A stretch of 40,338 nucleotides of DNA from positions 1 through 40,338 of the IMG/VR virus record IMGVR_UViG_3300037498_000021; one strand, written 5' to 3'. Positions 1-9,794 of this stretch are shown here, piece by piece. The position numbers and the translations under genes were made by a program. Position 1 is the first letter of the stretch; every line of letters begins with the position of its first letter. The notes under the pieces are model-generated. The model searched no databases. It was not told where the DNA came from and was given only the letters and a program-made list of their open reading frames with translations. Origin of the DNA: a virus (taxonomy: Duplodnaviria; Caudoviricetes).

Positions 1-197
1 CCCAGGCACATTTTTTCACGAGTTTCAAACCCGTAACGCTAGTAGATTGTTGGACTTACTGAAACGGATAATTTTTAAAAGGGTGTTTTTGGGTTTTGCG
101 GTGTAAAATGCACGTTGAAAGGGATGCTTGATGGCGAAAAAAAAGGCTGACTTGGAACCTGTTGGCAGGGTAATGGAGCGAACGAAAGGGGATTGAC

Positions 198-695
198 ATG
201 GGCCTACGAGGACCGCCACCGACGCCGCAAAAGGTTTTGGAAATGCGCGGCAGTTGGCGCGCAAAAGAAATTGCCAAGACGGGCGTGCAGGTGGACCCGG
301 TGATACCGGAGCGCCCGAAGTGGTTGACGTCAAAGGTCTCCAAGGCGGCATGGAAGCATATCACGCGGATGTTGGGCAACGCCCGCATCATCGCCGACCT
401 GGACCAGAACGCCCTGGGGCGCTACTGCGTGCTGCTAGAGCAATGGCTGACGTGCAAGGAATGGATCGACAAGCACGGCATGGTCCACGGAGTTAAGGGC
501 GCCGACGGGGCCCTACAGGGCGTCGAGGAGTGGCCGCAGTTTGCGATGGAGGTCAAGCTATCGACGTTGCTGGGCAAACTTGAGGCGCAGTTCGGCTTGA
601 CGCCGAGCGCCAGAGCAAGGATCAGCGTGGGGGTCACACCGCAAAAAGATGAAGCGGCCGAGAAGAAAAAGAAATACTTTACTGACGCCGGGTGA
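198..695 (+). CDS. terS: Terminase small subunit, P27 family
   Basis: N-terminal MGLRGPPPTP..LRG-like motif, C-terminal FGLTPSARARI, first gene of packaging module. Confidence 0.93.
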   Translation: MGLRGPPPTPQKVLEMRGSWRAKEIAKTGVQVDPVIPERPKWLTSKVSKAAWKHITRMLGNARIIADLDQNALGRYCVLLEQWLTCKEWIDKHGMVHGVKGADGALQGVEEWPQFAMEVKLSTLLGKLEAQFGLTPSARARISVGVTPQKDEAAEKKKKYFTDAG

Positions 696-2313
696 AATCG
701 GGTCGAAAGACCTAAATCTGATTTCAGCCATCCCTGGATATGACCCGTGCGTGACAGCAAAAGGGCATCTGTTCGACGTTGAAAAAGCTCACCGTGCCGT
801 CGAGTTCTTCCCCGAAATGCTTACTCACGTCAAGGGCGACAAGGCAAAGACGCCATTCAATCTGGAACCGTGGGAAGCCGCGATAGTCGCCAACGTGTTC
901 GGGTGGGTGGAACCGGACGGCCGGCGTCGATACCGCGAGGCGTTCGTATTCGTACCTCGCAAGAATGGCAAGACGACGCTGATTGCGGGATTCTGCTTGT
1001 TCGTTCTGGTTGCCGACGGCGAGCCAGGCGCGGAGATCTATTCGGCGGCGGCCGACCGCGAACAGGCAACGCTGGTCTTTGATCAAGCCAAGGGCATGGT
1101 CCACCAGAACCCGCTTCTGTCTGAGCGCCTCAAGATCTATGGGGGCCTGGGACAGCGGGCGATCATGTACGAAAGCCAGATGTCGAGTTACAAGGTGATC
1201 TCCGCGGACGCCGACACCAAACACGGCTACAACACACACCTGGCCGTGATTGACGAACTGCATGCGCAACCGAATCGCGAGCTGGTGGACGTGCTGGGGA
1301 CCTCGACGGGATCGAGACGACAGCCGCTAATTCTTTACATCACGACAAGCGACTATGAACGGCCGTCGATTTGCAACGAGAAATATGACTACGCGACCAA
1401 GATCCGAGACGGAATCATTGACGACGCCTCGTTTTTGCCGGTGGTCTACGAGGCCACGAAAGACGACGATTGGAAGGACCCGAAGATCTGGCGCAAGGCC
1501 AACCCGAACTTTGGCATTTCGGTTTCTGAAGAATACCTGGCACGGGAGAGCAAGCGGGCGCAGGAGGTTCCGTCTTACGAAAACACTTTCAAGCGCCTGC
1601 ATTTGAACATCCGCACCGAGCAAGCAGAGCGGTGGATCCAGATGGAGCACTGGGACCTGTGCGGCGGGCGTTTCGACAAAAAGGCGCTGATTGGAAGACC
1701 GTGCTTCGGTGGCCTGGACCTGGCGTCCACCATCGACCTGGCGTCGCTGGTGCTTTATTTCCCGAATGACGACCATAAACTCTTGTGCTGGTTCTATTGT
1801 CCGGCAGACCGCATCCTGGAACGGTCACGGCGCGATAAAGTGCCTTATGAGCTGTGGCGCGATGAGGGCCTGATCACGGCGACGCCTGGGAACGTGATTG
1901 ACTACGAGTTCATCAAAACAGACCTTTTAAAGGTCTGCGAAACCTACGACGTTCAAGAAATCGGCTTCGACCCGTACAACGCCCGACAACTATGCGTGGG
2001 CCTTGCCGATCAGCACGGTTTGCCTATGATCGAATTTCGCCAAGGGTATCTGTCGATGAATGACCCTTGTAAAAAGTTCGAGATGATGGTCATATCGCAT
2101 ACTTTGGACCATGGAGGACACAAGATTTTGCGTTGGATGGCGAGCAACGCGGTGATTACGCGGGATCCGGCAGACAACATAAAAATCAACAAGGCGAAGG
2201 CGACGGAGAAAATTGACGGCATCATAGCGGCGGTTATGGGACTGGGTTGCAGCATGGCGAAGACGATCAAAAAGGAATCTGTTTACGAAAAGCGAGGGGG
2301 AATATTCCTTTGA
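649..2313 (+). CDS. terL: Terminase large subunit
   Basis: Walker A VPRKNGKT, Walker B AVIDELH, nuclease GGLDLASTIDL and KIDGIIAAVM; start codon uncertain. Confidence 0.97.
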   Translation: MKRPRRKRNTLLTPGEIGSKDLNLISAIPGYDPCVTAKGHLFDVEKAHRAVEFFPEMLTHVKGDKAKTPFNLEPWEAAIVANVFGWVEPDGRRRYREAFVFVPRKNGKTTLIAGFCLFVLVADGEPGAEIYSAAADREQATLVFDQAKGMVHQNPLLSERLKIYGGLGQRAIMYESQMSSYKVISADADTKHGYNTHLAVIDELHAQPNRELVDVLGTSTGSRRQPLILYITTSDYERPSICNEKYDYATKIRDGIIDDASFLPVVYEATKDDDWKDPKIWRKANPNFGISVSEEYLARESKRAQEVPSYENTFKRLHLNIRTEQAERWIQMEHWDLCGGRFDKKALIGRPCFGGLDLASTIDLASLVLYFPNDDHKLLCWFYCPADRILERSRRDKVPYELWRDEGLITATPGNVIDYEFIKTDLLKVCETYDVQEIGFDPYNARQLCVGLADQHGLPMIEFRQGYLSMNDPCKKFEMMVISHTLDHGGHKILRWMASNAVITRDPADNIKINKAKATEKIDGIIAAVMGLGCSMAKTIKKESVYEKRGGIFL

Positions 2314-2480
2314 AAATCGGCGCTGACGTGGTCGGTGATATTTGCATTCTTGCGGGACTGGGTATTGTGATCTATGGGGCCTACCTGATATATGCGCCGA
2401 GCGGTATCATTCTCGGTGGTGTGGGCATGGTTGCGGTTGGGTTTGGATTGATCCGTCCGCATATCCGGCGAGGAAAATAG
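2310..2480 (+). CDS. Small two-TM membrane protein between terminase and portal
   Basis: TTG start overlapping the terL stop; two hydrophobic stretches; common position in HK97-like phages. Confidence 0.65.
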   Translation: MKIGADVVGDICILAGLGIVIYGAYLIYAPSGIILGGVGMVAVGFGLIRPHIRRGK

Positions 2481-2483
2481 GCT

Positions 2484-4094
2484 ATGCTTTTCGACAGGCT
2501 TTTGAGCAAGCGCGGATCGACACCGATTGACTCCGACGTGGGCTGGAATTACATGTCCGGGGGCTTGCAGACGCAGGCGGGCGTCCGGATCAACGAACAG
2601 ACGGCGCTGAGCATCGCAGCGGTATGGGCGGCAACGCACAACATCTCTGAGGACATCTCTAAACTTGGGTTGCCGCTCTACCGCTTCACCGATCCAGAAC
2701 GCCAGAACCGAGAAAAAGTTTATGACCATCCGCTCTACGCGATTTTGAACGAAGCTCCCAACGCTGAAATGTCGGCGATGACGTTTCGTGAGACGCTGAC
2801 AGCGCACTTGATGGGCTACGGGAACGCCTATGCTGAAATCATTCGCACTGGATCCGGCGAGGTCAAGCGCCTTGAGATCCTGGAACCGCAGAAGATGGAA
2901 GTACGGCGAGTCGATGAAAAGATCGTCTACAAATACGACGGGTCCACCGTGTTGCCAGCGCGGAAGGTGCTGCATGTCAAAGGCCTGGGCTACAACGGAC
3001 TGATGGGCTACAGCGTGGTGCGGATGGCGCGGGAATCTCTTGGACTGGCGAAGGCGGCCGAGGGCTTCGGCGCTGCCATGTTCGGGAACAACTGTCAGCC
3101 TGGCCTCGTGGCCGTGCATCCTGAAACGATGTCAGAGCAGGCAGAGCAGAACTTGCGCCGCACGCTTGAGCGCGCTGGGAAGGGCGAGAACGCCTTTAAG
3201 GTGCTGGTGCTCGAGGAGGGGCTGAAGCTCGACAAGTTGGCGATCACGCCAGAGGATGCCCAATACCTTTCAACCAGGAATTTTGAAATTGAAGAGGTCT
3301 GCCGGTGGTTCAGGATCCCACCGTCAAAGATCCATCATCTGCTCAAGGCGAACTTCAACACGCTTGAAATGCAATCGCTGGAATACGTCACCGACACGCT
3401 CATGGGTTGGTGCGTGCGATGGGAAAAGGAAATCAAGCGTCAGCTTTTGAATCAGCCAGGGGACCGCGACCTTTACGTTGAGCACAACCTCGACGCCTTG
3501 CTTCGAGGCGACATCAAGACGCGATCCGAGAGCTACGCGAAGGGCCGTCAATGGGGCTGGTTCAGCGTCAACGACATCCGTAAGAAGGAAAACATGCCGC
3601 CGATCGGCGAGGCCGGTGACGTTTATCTGTCGCCGGGCAACATGGTGGACGTCGAAAACATGGACCAGATGATGCCGACGCCAGCGCCGCAACCGGCGCC
3701 CGCACCAGAGCCAGACGACGAAGAGGACGAAGAGGACGAAGAGGAGCGCAAGGTTGAGGCCATCGACCGAGCCTTATGTCGATCCATCGAAAGCGCGATG
3801 GGGCGGCTGTGCCGTGTCGAGGAAGACAAGATCGCCAGGGCCGGCAAGCGCAACGATTTCGATGACTGGATGAAAGGCTTCGTGATCTCCCACGAGGAAT
3901 ACGTGTGGAGCGCGCTGAATGACGCGGTGCGCAATATCACGCCGCTTTATCACGCGCACGGGCGTAAGATAGACGAGGCCGAGCTGACAGCCAGGATCTG
4001 CACGTCTCACCTGAAGCGGCTTGGAAAGTGGAACTTGGAATCAGAGCCAGAGGCCGAAGTGATCCATAATGCGATCAAGGAGCTGCGAAAATGA
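2484..4094 (+). CDS. Portal protein, HK97 family, with C-terminal extension
   Basis: GNAYAEI, LHVKGLGYNGLMGYS, EEVCRWFRIPP, LLRGDIKTR, NDIRKKENMPPI motifs. Confidence 0.96.
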   Translation: MLFDRLLSKRGSTPIDSDVGWNYMSGGLQTQAGVRINEQTALSIAAVWAATHNISEDISKLGLPLYRFTDPERQNREKVYDHPLYAILNEAPNAEMSAMTFRETLTAHLMGYGNAYAEIIRTGSGEVKRLEILEPQKMEVRRVDEKIVYKYDGSTVLPARKVLHVKGLGYNGLMGYSVVRMARESLGLAKAAEGFGAAMFGNNCQPGLVAVHPETMSEQAEQNLRRTLERAGKGENAFKVLVLEEGLKLDKLAITPEDAQYLSTRNFEIEEVCRWFRIPPSKIHHLLKANFNTLEMQSLEYVTDTLMGWCVRWEKEIKRQLLNQPGDRDLYVEHNLDALLRGDIKTRSESYAKGRQWGWFSVNDIRKKENMPPIGEAGDVYLSPGNMVDVENMDQMMPTPAPQPAPAPEPDDEEDEEDEEERKVEAIDRALCRSIESAMGRLCRVEEDKIARAGKRNDFDDWMKGFVISHEEYVWSALNDAVRNITPLYHAHGRKIDEAELTARICTSHLKRLGKWNLESEPEAEVIHNAIKELRK

Positions 4095-4690
4095 AGCGAG
4101 AAATCAGAACTTTTGGCATGACCGGGATCGAGATCCGCAAGGCCGGCGACAAAAACATGCTTGCCGGACATGCAGCGCTTTACGACAGCATGAGTCGGGA
4201 CCTGGGCGGATTCAAGGAGGTGATCAAACCGGGCGCATTTCGACGCGCCATCGAAGAAAAGCAGGACGTCAAAGCGCTATGGAATCACGATTCAGGCGTG
4301 GTGCTTGGGCGAACAACCAGCGGCACACTGCGAATTGCCGAAGACGACAAAGGACTGGCGATTGAAATCGATCTGCCAAACACGACGGCGGCGGCAGACC
4401 TGCGGGAGTTGATTGCACGCGGTGACGTCGATCAAATGAGCTTCGCTTTCATCACGCGATTGGACGAATGGACCGAGCGGATCGTTGACGGTCGCATGTC
4501 CGTGGTGCGTGAACTGCAAGATGTCGATCTTTACGATGTTTCGCCCGTCACGTTTCCGGCTTACGAGGAAACTGACATTGCAGTGCGGGCCTTCGAGCAA
4601 AAGCGCAAGCGCGATCAAGACGACGTTTCAAAGCGCCATCAAAATTTGATCAGAAAGATTAATCTTGTGAAAATAATTGAGAATGCGTAG
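4091..4690 (+). CDS. Prohead protease, HK97 family
   Basis: GGFKEVIKPGAF, LWNHD, QMSFAF, DVSPVTFPAY. Confidence 0.96.
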   Translation: MKREIRTFGMTGIEIRKAGDKNMLAGHAALYDSMSRDLGGFKEVIKPGAFRRAIEEKQDVKALWNHDSGVVLGRTTSGTLRIAEDDKGLAIEIDLPNTTAAADLRELIARGDVDQMSFAFITRLDEWTERIVDGRMSVVRELQDVDLYDVSPVTFPAYEETDIAVRAFEQKRKRDQDDVSKRHQNLIRKINLVKIIENA

Positions 4691-4768
4691 TTTTTTATCT
4701 TCACCTTGGGTGAAATGCGCTCTTTGGGCGTGAAAAACAAGCGAAAATGCAAGAAAAAGGGCTTAAAA

Positions 4769-6199
4769 ATGAAGACAATCGAGCAGTTAAAGGCCGAAAT
4801 TAAGGCGTTGCTTGAGGAAGCACGCAAGCTCAAGGCGCTTTGCGAGACCGAAAAACGAGAGTTTTCGGAAGACGAAGGAAAGAAAATCGACGAAATTATG
4901 TCGAAAATCGAGGAGAATCGGGCTGCAATCGAGCGCATCGAGAAGCTGGAAAGCAGGAAAAACAAGCTCGAAGCGCTGGATTCTGAGCTGAATCAGCCTG
5001 AAAAACGCGAAACCAAGCCGTCCGAACCAGAAAACAGAGCAGAAAAGGCGAAGTTCGTACTGCCGGCGAGCGCACGGGCAACTCGCTGCAGCAACATCAA
5101 AGACGACACCTACACCGGCATGAAGGCCAACGAACGAGCCTACCGCATCGGTATGTGGATCGCCGCGACTCGTGGCAATCGCAAGGCCAAGCGGTTCTGC
5201 ATGGAAAACGGGCTCGAGATCGTCGGTTGGGACGACAAGAACGAAAAGGAAGTGCGCCTACACTCCGAGGAACTGAATTACCAAGGCGGCTACCTGGTGC
5301 CGGAGGAAGTTGACAACGCGATCATAGACCTCAAAGAGCAGTACGGCATTTTTCGTGGCCTGGCTCGCAGGTCTCCGATGTCCGGCGACACCAAGAATCG
5401 CTCACGCCGCAAGACCGGGCTGACCGCGTATTTCGTTGGTGAGGCTGCGCAGATTACGGAGTCCAGCAAGACCTGGGACAACGTTCAACTGGTTGCCAAA
5501 AAGATCGGCGTATTGACTCGCATGACCAACGAACTCAGCGAGGATGCCTCGATCAACGTTGCCGATGACCTCGTTGGGGAAATCGCCTACGCGTTCGCGA
5601 ACAAAGAGGACGAGTGCGGATTCAATGGCGATGGGACTTCGACCTATGGCACGATCTTCGGCGTATGCCCGAAGCTCTTGGCTGTGAGCGGAACCATTGG
5701 AAGCATCAAGGGGCTCGTTGTTGCGACCGGAAATCTGTTCAGCGAGTTCGCTTTGGCCGATTTCAACAAGGTCGTTTCAATTCTGCCTGAGTTCGCCGAC
5801 ACTCCCAATGCTGTATGGGTTTGTCATAAGGTGTTCTGGGGCAGCGTGATGCAGAAGCTCATGCACGCCGCTGGTGGCAATACGGTCATGGACCTACAGG
5901 GCAAGATCGTGAAGTCATTCATGGGTTACCCGGTTGTTATCAGCCAGGTGATGCCCAAGACCGACGCCAATAGTCAGATCGCCTGCTTGCTGGGCGATTT
6001 CGGCCTGGCGGCTGATTTCGGTGATCGCCGAATGACGAGCCTTGCATTCTCCGAGCACGCGACGGTCGGCGGTGAGAGCGTTTTCGAGTATGACGAGGTC
6101 GCCGTGCGCGGGACCGAGCGCTTTGACATCAACGTTCACGACATTGGTGACACTTCCGTCGCCGGGCCGGTGGTCGGACTGATCAGCGCCGCGTCGTAA
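4769..6199 (+). CDS. Major capsid protein, HK97 fold with N-terminal coiled-coil delta domain
   Basis: GGYLVPEE, AYFVGEA, FNGDG, GYPVVIS motifs; start moved to ATG 4769 behind AAGGG. Confidence 0.95.
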   Translation: MKTIEQLKAEIKALLEEARKLKALCETEKREFSEDEGKKIDEIMSKIEENRAAIERIEKLESRKNKLEALDSELNQPEKRETKPSEPENRAEKAKFVLPASARATRCSNIKDDTYTGMKANERAYRIGMWIAATRGNRKAKRFCMENGLEIVGWDDKNEKEVRLHSEELNYQGGYLVPEEVDNAIIDLKEQYGIFRGLARRSPMSGDTKNRSRRKTGLTAYFVGEAAQITESSKTWDNVQLVAKKIGVLTRMTNELSEDASINVADDLVGEIAYAFANKEDECGFNGDGTSTYGTIFGVCPKLLAVSGTIGSIKGLVVATGNLFSEFALADFNKVVSILPEFADTPNAVWVCHKVFWGSVMQKLMHAAGGNTVMDLQGKIVKSFMGYPVVISQVMPKTDANSQIACLLGDFGLAADFGDRRMTSLAFSEHATVGGESVFEYDEVAVRGTERFDINVHDIGDTSVAGPVVGLISAAS

Positions 6200-6278
6200 C
6201 CATCCTGACGGACCTGTGGCCCTGGCCTGGCGCCGGGGCCACAAAACAAAAAGAACTTGCATTTGTGAGGGTTGAGAA

Positions 6279-6710
6279 ATGAAACAGATCCAAAGGGCAG
6301 TCAGCGAGGTGGCGCTTGCTTCGCAGTTGGTAACGGACGGTGCGACGGTGACCGCGAACGTTGACATGCGAGGTTACAACGCCGCAACGATTCTCGTGAA
6401 TCTTTCGATTGAAGAGACGACGCACGCCGCGAACAGCACGCTGTCGTTGCTGTCATGTGACACGACTGTCGTCACGAATTTCGCCACGGTCGTTGCCAAC
6501 AAGAGCCTTGACCTGACGGCAGCAAAACAGCATCGGTACGAGGTCGATAACCTGGGCGGCAAGCGTTACCTGCGGTTGTCGTTCACGGCCGGCACGACCA
6601 CGGGCGGGAACGTCATGGTTGGAGCAATCGTATTGAAGGCCCGGGGCGATGGTCCGGCCAGCACTACCGCAATGGTTGCCAGCACGAACGATTCAGTTCA
6701 GGTTGCATAG
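6279..6710 (+). CDS. Probable capsid decoration/cement protein
   Basis: Directly after capsid gene, 143 aa, beta-rich, Thr/Ala/Val-rich, KRYLRL motif. Confidence 0.55.
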   Translation: MKQIQRAVSEVALASQLVTDGATVTANVDMRGYNAATILVNLSIEETTHAANSTLSLLSCDTTVVTNFATVVANKSLDLTAAKQHRYEVDNLGGKRYLRLSFTAGTTTGGNVMVGAIVLKARGDGPASTTAMVASTNDSVQVA

Positions 6711-6715
6711 TTGTA

Positions 6716-6756
6716 ATGGCGGGCGGTGATCCGCGTCACCGCCCGCCATAAAAAAA
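6716..6756 (+). other. Perfect 14-bp stem-loop followed by A7
   Basis: ATGGCGGGCGGTGA-TCCGCG-TCACCGCCCGCCAT-AAAAAAA. Confidence 0.75.
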
Positions 6757-6770
6757 GCGTGGGGACGCTC

Positions 6771-7472
6771 ATGGGTAAAAGATTCATTTGGCTTGCCAGT
6801 TATCCAAGGTCTGGATCAAATTACCTGCGATATTGCATTGAACAGATCTACGGATTAAAGACCTTTAGCCGATATACAAACGATCCGTATGACGATGCCT
6901 TTAACGATGGCGCGCCAAGTGTGGCAAACGCTGAACACATTCGCGCTACGCAATACCCGTATTATGCAGTCAAAACACATGGACACGACCTTGAGGTTGC
7001 GACACGCGATCCGGCGATCCTGCTTGTTCGTGACGGTCGCGACGCGATCTGTTCTCACGCGCATTACGACATGGAATGCGGCTATACGCGCAACACAAAT
7101 TTGAAATACGAAACTGTTTTGAAGGCGCTTATTGAGGGCCGACTGAAGCGGTTCGACGGGAAATGCTGGGACTGGGGCGCGCACGCCAGGGCGTGGACGC
7201 AGCGCCAGACACCATTAACCGTTATCAAGTTTGAGTTCCTTATCCGTGAGCCGATTGAGGCCTTAAAAATCGCATTCAACGAAATCAGCGTGAATTTTGA
7301 ACCGATCAAAATGATTGAACTTGAGACGTTCGAGGAGTTGAAGCGGCGCGATGCCATACTGTTTCGAAATGGCGTCAAGCGCGTCTATCGCAAAGAGATG
7401 CCGAAGGATCTGCAAGATCTGTTTTTGGAGCGCAACGGGGACATGATGAGGAGGTTCGATTACAAGCCATGA
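6771..7472 (+). CDS. PAPS-dependent sulfotransferase domain protein
   Basis: 5'-PSB loop WLASYPRSGSNYLR, VKTH, 3'-PB motif LLVRDGRDAICS, IKFEFL, FRNG. Confidence 0.88.
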   Translation: MGKRFIWLASYPRSGSNYLRYCIEQIYGLKTFSRYTNDPYDDAFNDGAPSVANAEHIRATQYPYYAVKTHGHDLEVATRDPAILLVRDGRDAICSHAHYDMECGYTRNTNLKYETVLKALIEGRLKRFDGKCWDWGAHARAWTQRQTPLTVIKFEFLIREPIEALKIAFNEISVNFEPIKMIELETFEELKRRDAILFRNGVKRVYRKEMPKDLQDLFLERNGDMMRRFDYKP

Positions 7473-8686
7473 GTGATTTAAAACTGAACATTGGAAGCGC
7501 AAGGGTAAAGATTCCGGGATATATGAATATTGATCGGACGCTGGGAACCGAGGCCTATCCGCTTCCGCTGAACATCGTCCAGGACAATGGGAATTGCATC
7601 GCGATTACAGACGAAAGCGTCAAGGAAATTCGCGCAAGCCACGTGCTTGAGCACTTTGGCTTCGATGACGTTCCAAAGGTGCTCAAGGAATGGGCGCGCG
7701 TGCTTGCGCCAGGTGGCCGGATGTTTATCAGCGTGCCGGATTACGATAAAATCATTGACTTGCGGAAGGCGGGCGATCCACGCTGGCATCTTTATTTAAT
7801 GGGCGGGCAAACACATGCGAGCGATTATCACGAAAGCGTTTTTGATCGGGCAAGATTGCATGGTTTGATGGAGGACGCCGGGTTGGCGCATATTCAGGTT
7901 TGGGACGGATCAGACGACACGTCCATGCATCCGTGCTCTTTGAATTTGATGGGAATCAAACCAATGCAAAAACAAATATCCGGACCTCCGTCCGCGGCGC
8001 ACATCAAACAGATGGAGATCAAAATCATGGCCGTCTGTTCGATTCCAAGGTTGGGATTTAATGACCATTGGGGCTGCATCCACGAGGCCTTGCAGCATTG
8101 GAATATCCCGCTTCGGCGGTTCACAGGGGCATATTGGGGTCAATGCATGCAGGGGGCTCTCGAAGGCGCATTAAAGGGCGACGCCGATTGGATCCTGACG
8201 CTGGATTACGATACGATGTTTTCGCCTCAACACCTGGATGCGCTGTTTGGAGCTTTCGGCCGGAATGCCCATATCGACGCCCTGGCGGCGCTACAGCGAA
8301 AAAGAAACGCTGACACGCCTCTTTGTACTGTCAAGGGCTGCGAGAAGCAGGAGGTGGACGGGCAGCCGTTTAAGGTCAACACGGCGCACTTCGGGCTGAC
8401 TCTGATCCGATCAGCCTCCCTGCGGAAGTTGCCCTTGCCGTACTTTGCACATGAGCCGGGACCGGACGGGACATGGACCCATTTCGACCACGTTGATGAT
8501 GACATTTTCTTCTGGAAATCGTGGGAAAAGGCTGGGCTGACGTGCTACGTGCATCCTGACGTTCGGATCGGGCATCTCGAGATGATGGTCACTGGATTCG
8601 ACGAATTCCATAAACCCGAGTGTATGACGGTCGGGGCGTGGTATAATAAATACAAGCCCGAAACGCTGCACGCCGGGCTGGGCTGA
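7469..8686 (+). CDS. SAM methyltransferase-like domain fused to C-terminal GT-A (GT2-like) glycosyltransferase
   Basis: KLNIGS, ASHVLEH, RVLAPGG..ISVPD; then ILTLDYD (DxD), HFGLTLI, DDDIFFW, RIGH. Confidence 0.8.
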   Translation: MSDLKLNIGSARVKIPGYMNIDRTLGTEAYPLPLNIVQDNGNCIAITDESVKEIRASHVLEHFGFDDVPKVLKEWARVLAPGGRMFISVPDYDKIIDLRKAGDPRWHLYLMGGQTHASDYHESVFDRARLHGLMEDAGLAHIQVWDGSDDTSMHPCSLNLMGIKPMQKQISGPPSAAHIKQMEIKIMAVCSIPRLGFNDHWGCIHEALQHWNIPLRRFTGAYWGQCMQGALEGALKGDADWILTLDYDTMFSPQHLDALFGAFGRNAHIDALAALQRKRNADTPLCTVKGCEKQEVDGQPFKVNTAHFGLTLIRSASLRKLPLPYFAHEPGPDGTWTHFDHVDDDIFFWKSWEKAGLTCYVHPDVRIGHLEMMVTGFDEFHKPECMTVGAWYNKYKPETLHAGLG

Positions 8687-8695
8687 GGGTAACAG

Positions 8696-8917
8696 ATGAA
8701 AATCCGATTCTTGCGACCGTATTTCATGTACGCCAAGGGAGAAATCATTGAGCCTGACAAGCCGGTGCGTGACATTATGCTTGCGCGTGGGCTTTGCGAA
8801 ATCGTCGAAGGCGAGAAGCCGGACAAGAAAAAGGCGGCGCCGTTGATGGAGGTGGCCAGCATTGAACCGACAGAGCGGGCGGTTGCCCGCGGGCCTGGAC
8901 GACCGAGGAAAATATGA
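8696..8917 (+). CDS. Small basic head-module protein
   Basis: MKIRFLRP..KGEIIE..LARGLCE, basic tail RGPGRPRK; GAGG RBS. Confidence 0.65.
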   Translation: MKIRFLRPYFMYAKGEIIEPDKPVRDIMLARGLCEIVEGEKPDKKKAAPLMEVASIEPTERAVARGPGRPRKI

Positions 8918-9156
8918 TCGGTGAGCTGAAGGTGCTGCTTGAGTTGATGCGCAATGACCCGCAGGCGGCGGCGCGTGAATTGGATATTCTGGGCGACAGG
9001 TTGAAAAACCTTGCGAAAAAACTCAGACAAGCTGACAATCGAATTTTGAGGCTGTTTTCGTCGCAAGGCTTTTCTCAGCCATGCGGCGCCGGCGACAGGG
9101 TCATGGTCGAGGTCTACGGACCCGACGGCGTTCTCAAACAGAGAACGCACACATAG
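8914..9156 (+). CDS. Hypothetical protein
   Basis: ATGA coupling; C-terminus VEVYGPDGVLKQ resembles IRLVGPDGVIKQ in the next gene. Confidence 0.6.
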   Translation: MIGELKVLLELMRNDPQAAARELDILGDRLKNLAKKLRQADNRILRLFSSQGFSQPCGAGDRVMVEVYGPDGVLKQRTHT

Positions 9157-9166
9157 GAGGACATTC

Positions 9167-9727
9167 ATGCTCAACTCGGAAAACTACATCAGCGAACTTA
9201 TAAACAAGGTCGCGTCATTGGAGGCCGCGAATTCTGCACTTGAAAAGCATTCACCGTTCCGCGCAAAAAATCGGATCAAGATTCGTTTGGTCGGGCCGGA
9301 TGGCGTGATCAAGCAGGAGTTCGACCACGTCGAGAACATCATGGCGACCTACGGACTGAACTGGCTTTGCGAGCGCATTGTCACGGGTGGCGAGGCGTCG
9401 AGTTGGGTTCAGCGGATGGGCATCGGCACGAGCACGACGGCCGCGGCATCAGATCAGGCATCACTGATTGCCAGCACGGCGTCCGTTCACATTTCCGATG
9501 CGTCAATGGATGCATCAGACGCCGGCAACATGAGCTGCAATTTCCAGGCGACCTTTGCCAGCAACAATCCGGCGGGCGCGGCGGCGATTAACGAGGTCGG
9601 CCTGTTTGGGGGGACGGCCCTTTCTGGAAGCATGATCGCCAGGTCGGTGTTGGGCGCGGCGAGCATCAACAAGGGGGCGTCTGACTCCATTCAGATCACA
9701 CACCAAGTTGTATTCACAACTGGATAG
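9167..9727 (+). CDS. Putative virion fibre subunit
   Basis: Strong AGGAGG RBS, own terminator, MGIGT..AINEVGLF..INKGASDSIQITHQV pattern typical of small phage fibre proteins. Confidence 0.55.
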   Translation: MLNSENYISELINKVASLEAANSALEKHSPFRAKNRIKIRLVGPDGVIKQEFDHVENIMATYGLNWLCERIVTGGEASSWVQRMGIGTSTTAAASDQASLIASTASVHISDASMDASDAGNMSCNFQATFASNNPAGAAAINEVGLFGGTALSGSMIARSVLGAASINKGASDSIQITHQVVFTTG

Positions 9728-9735
9728 CATTCTAC

Positions 9736-9771
9736 AACTCGCTCAGGTTTGGAGCCTGGGCGAGTTTTTTT
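9736..9771 (+). terminator. Rho-independent terminator
   Basis: AACTCGCTCAGG / CCTGGGCGAGTT stem running into a T tract. Confidence 0.8.
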
Positions 9772-9794
9772 AAGGGTTTCGTGGGGAAACATCG

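Noticed and set aside
6716-6756. Rho-independent terminator
   Set aside because: No U-tract follows the stem on either strand; kept only as a hairpin.
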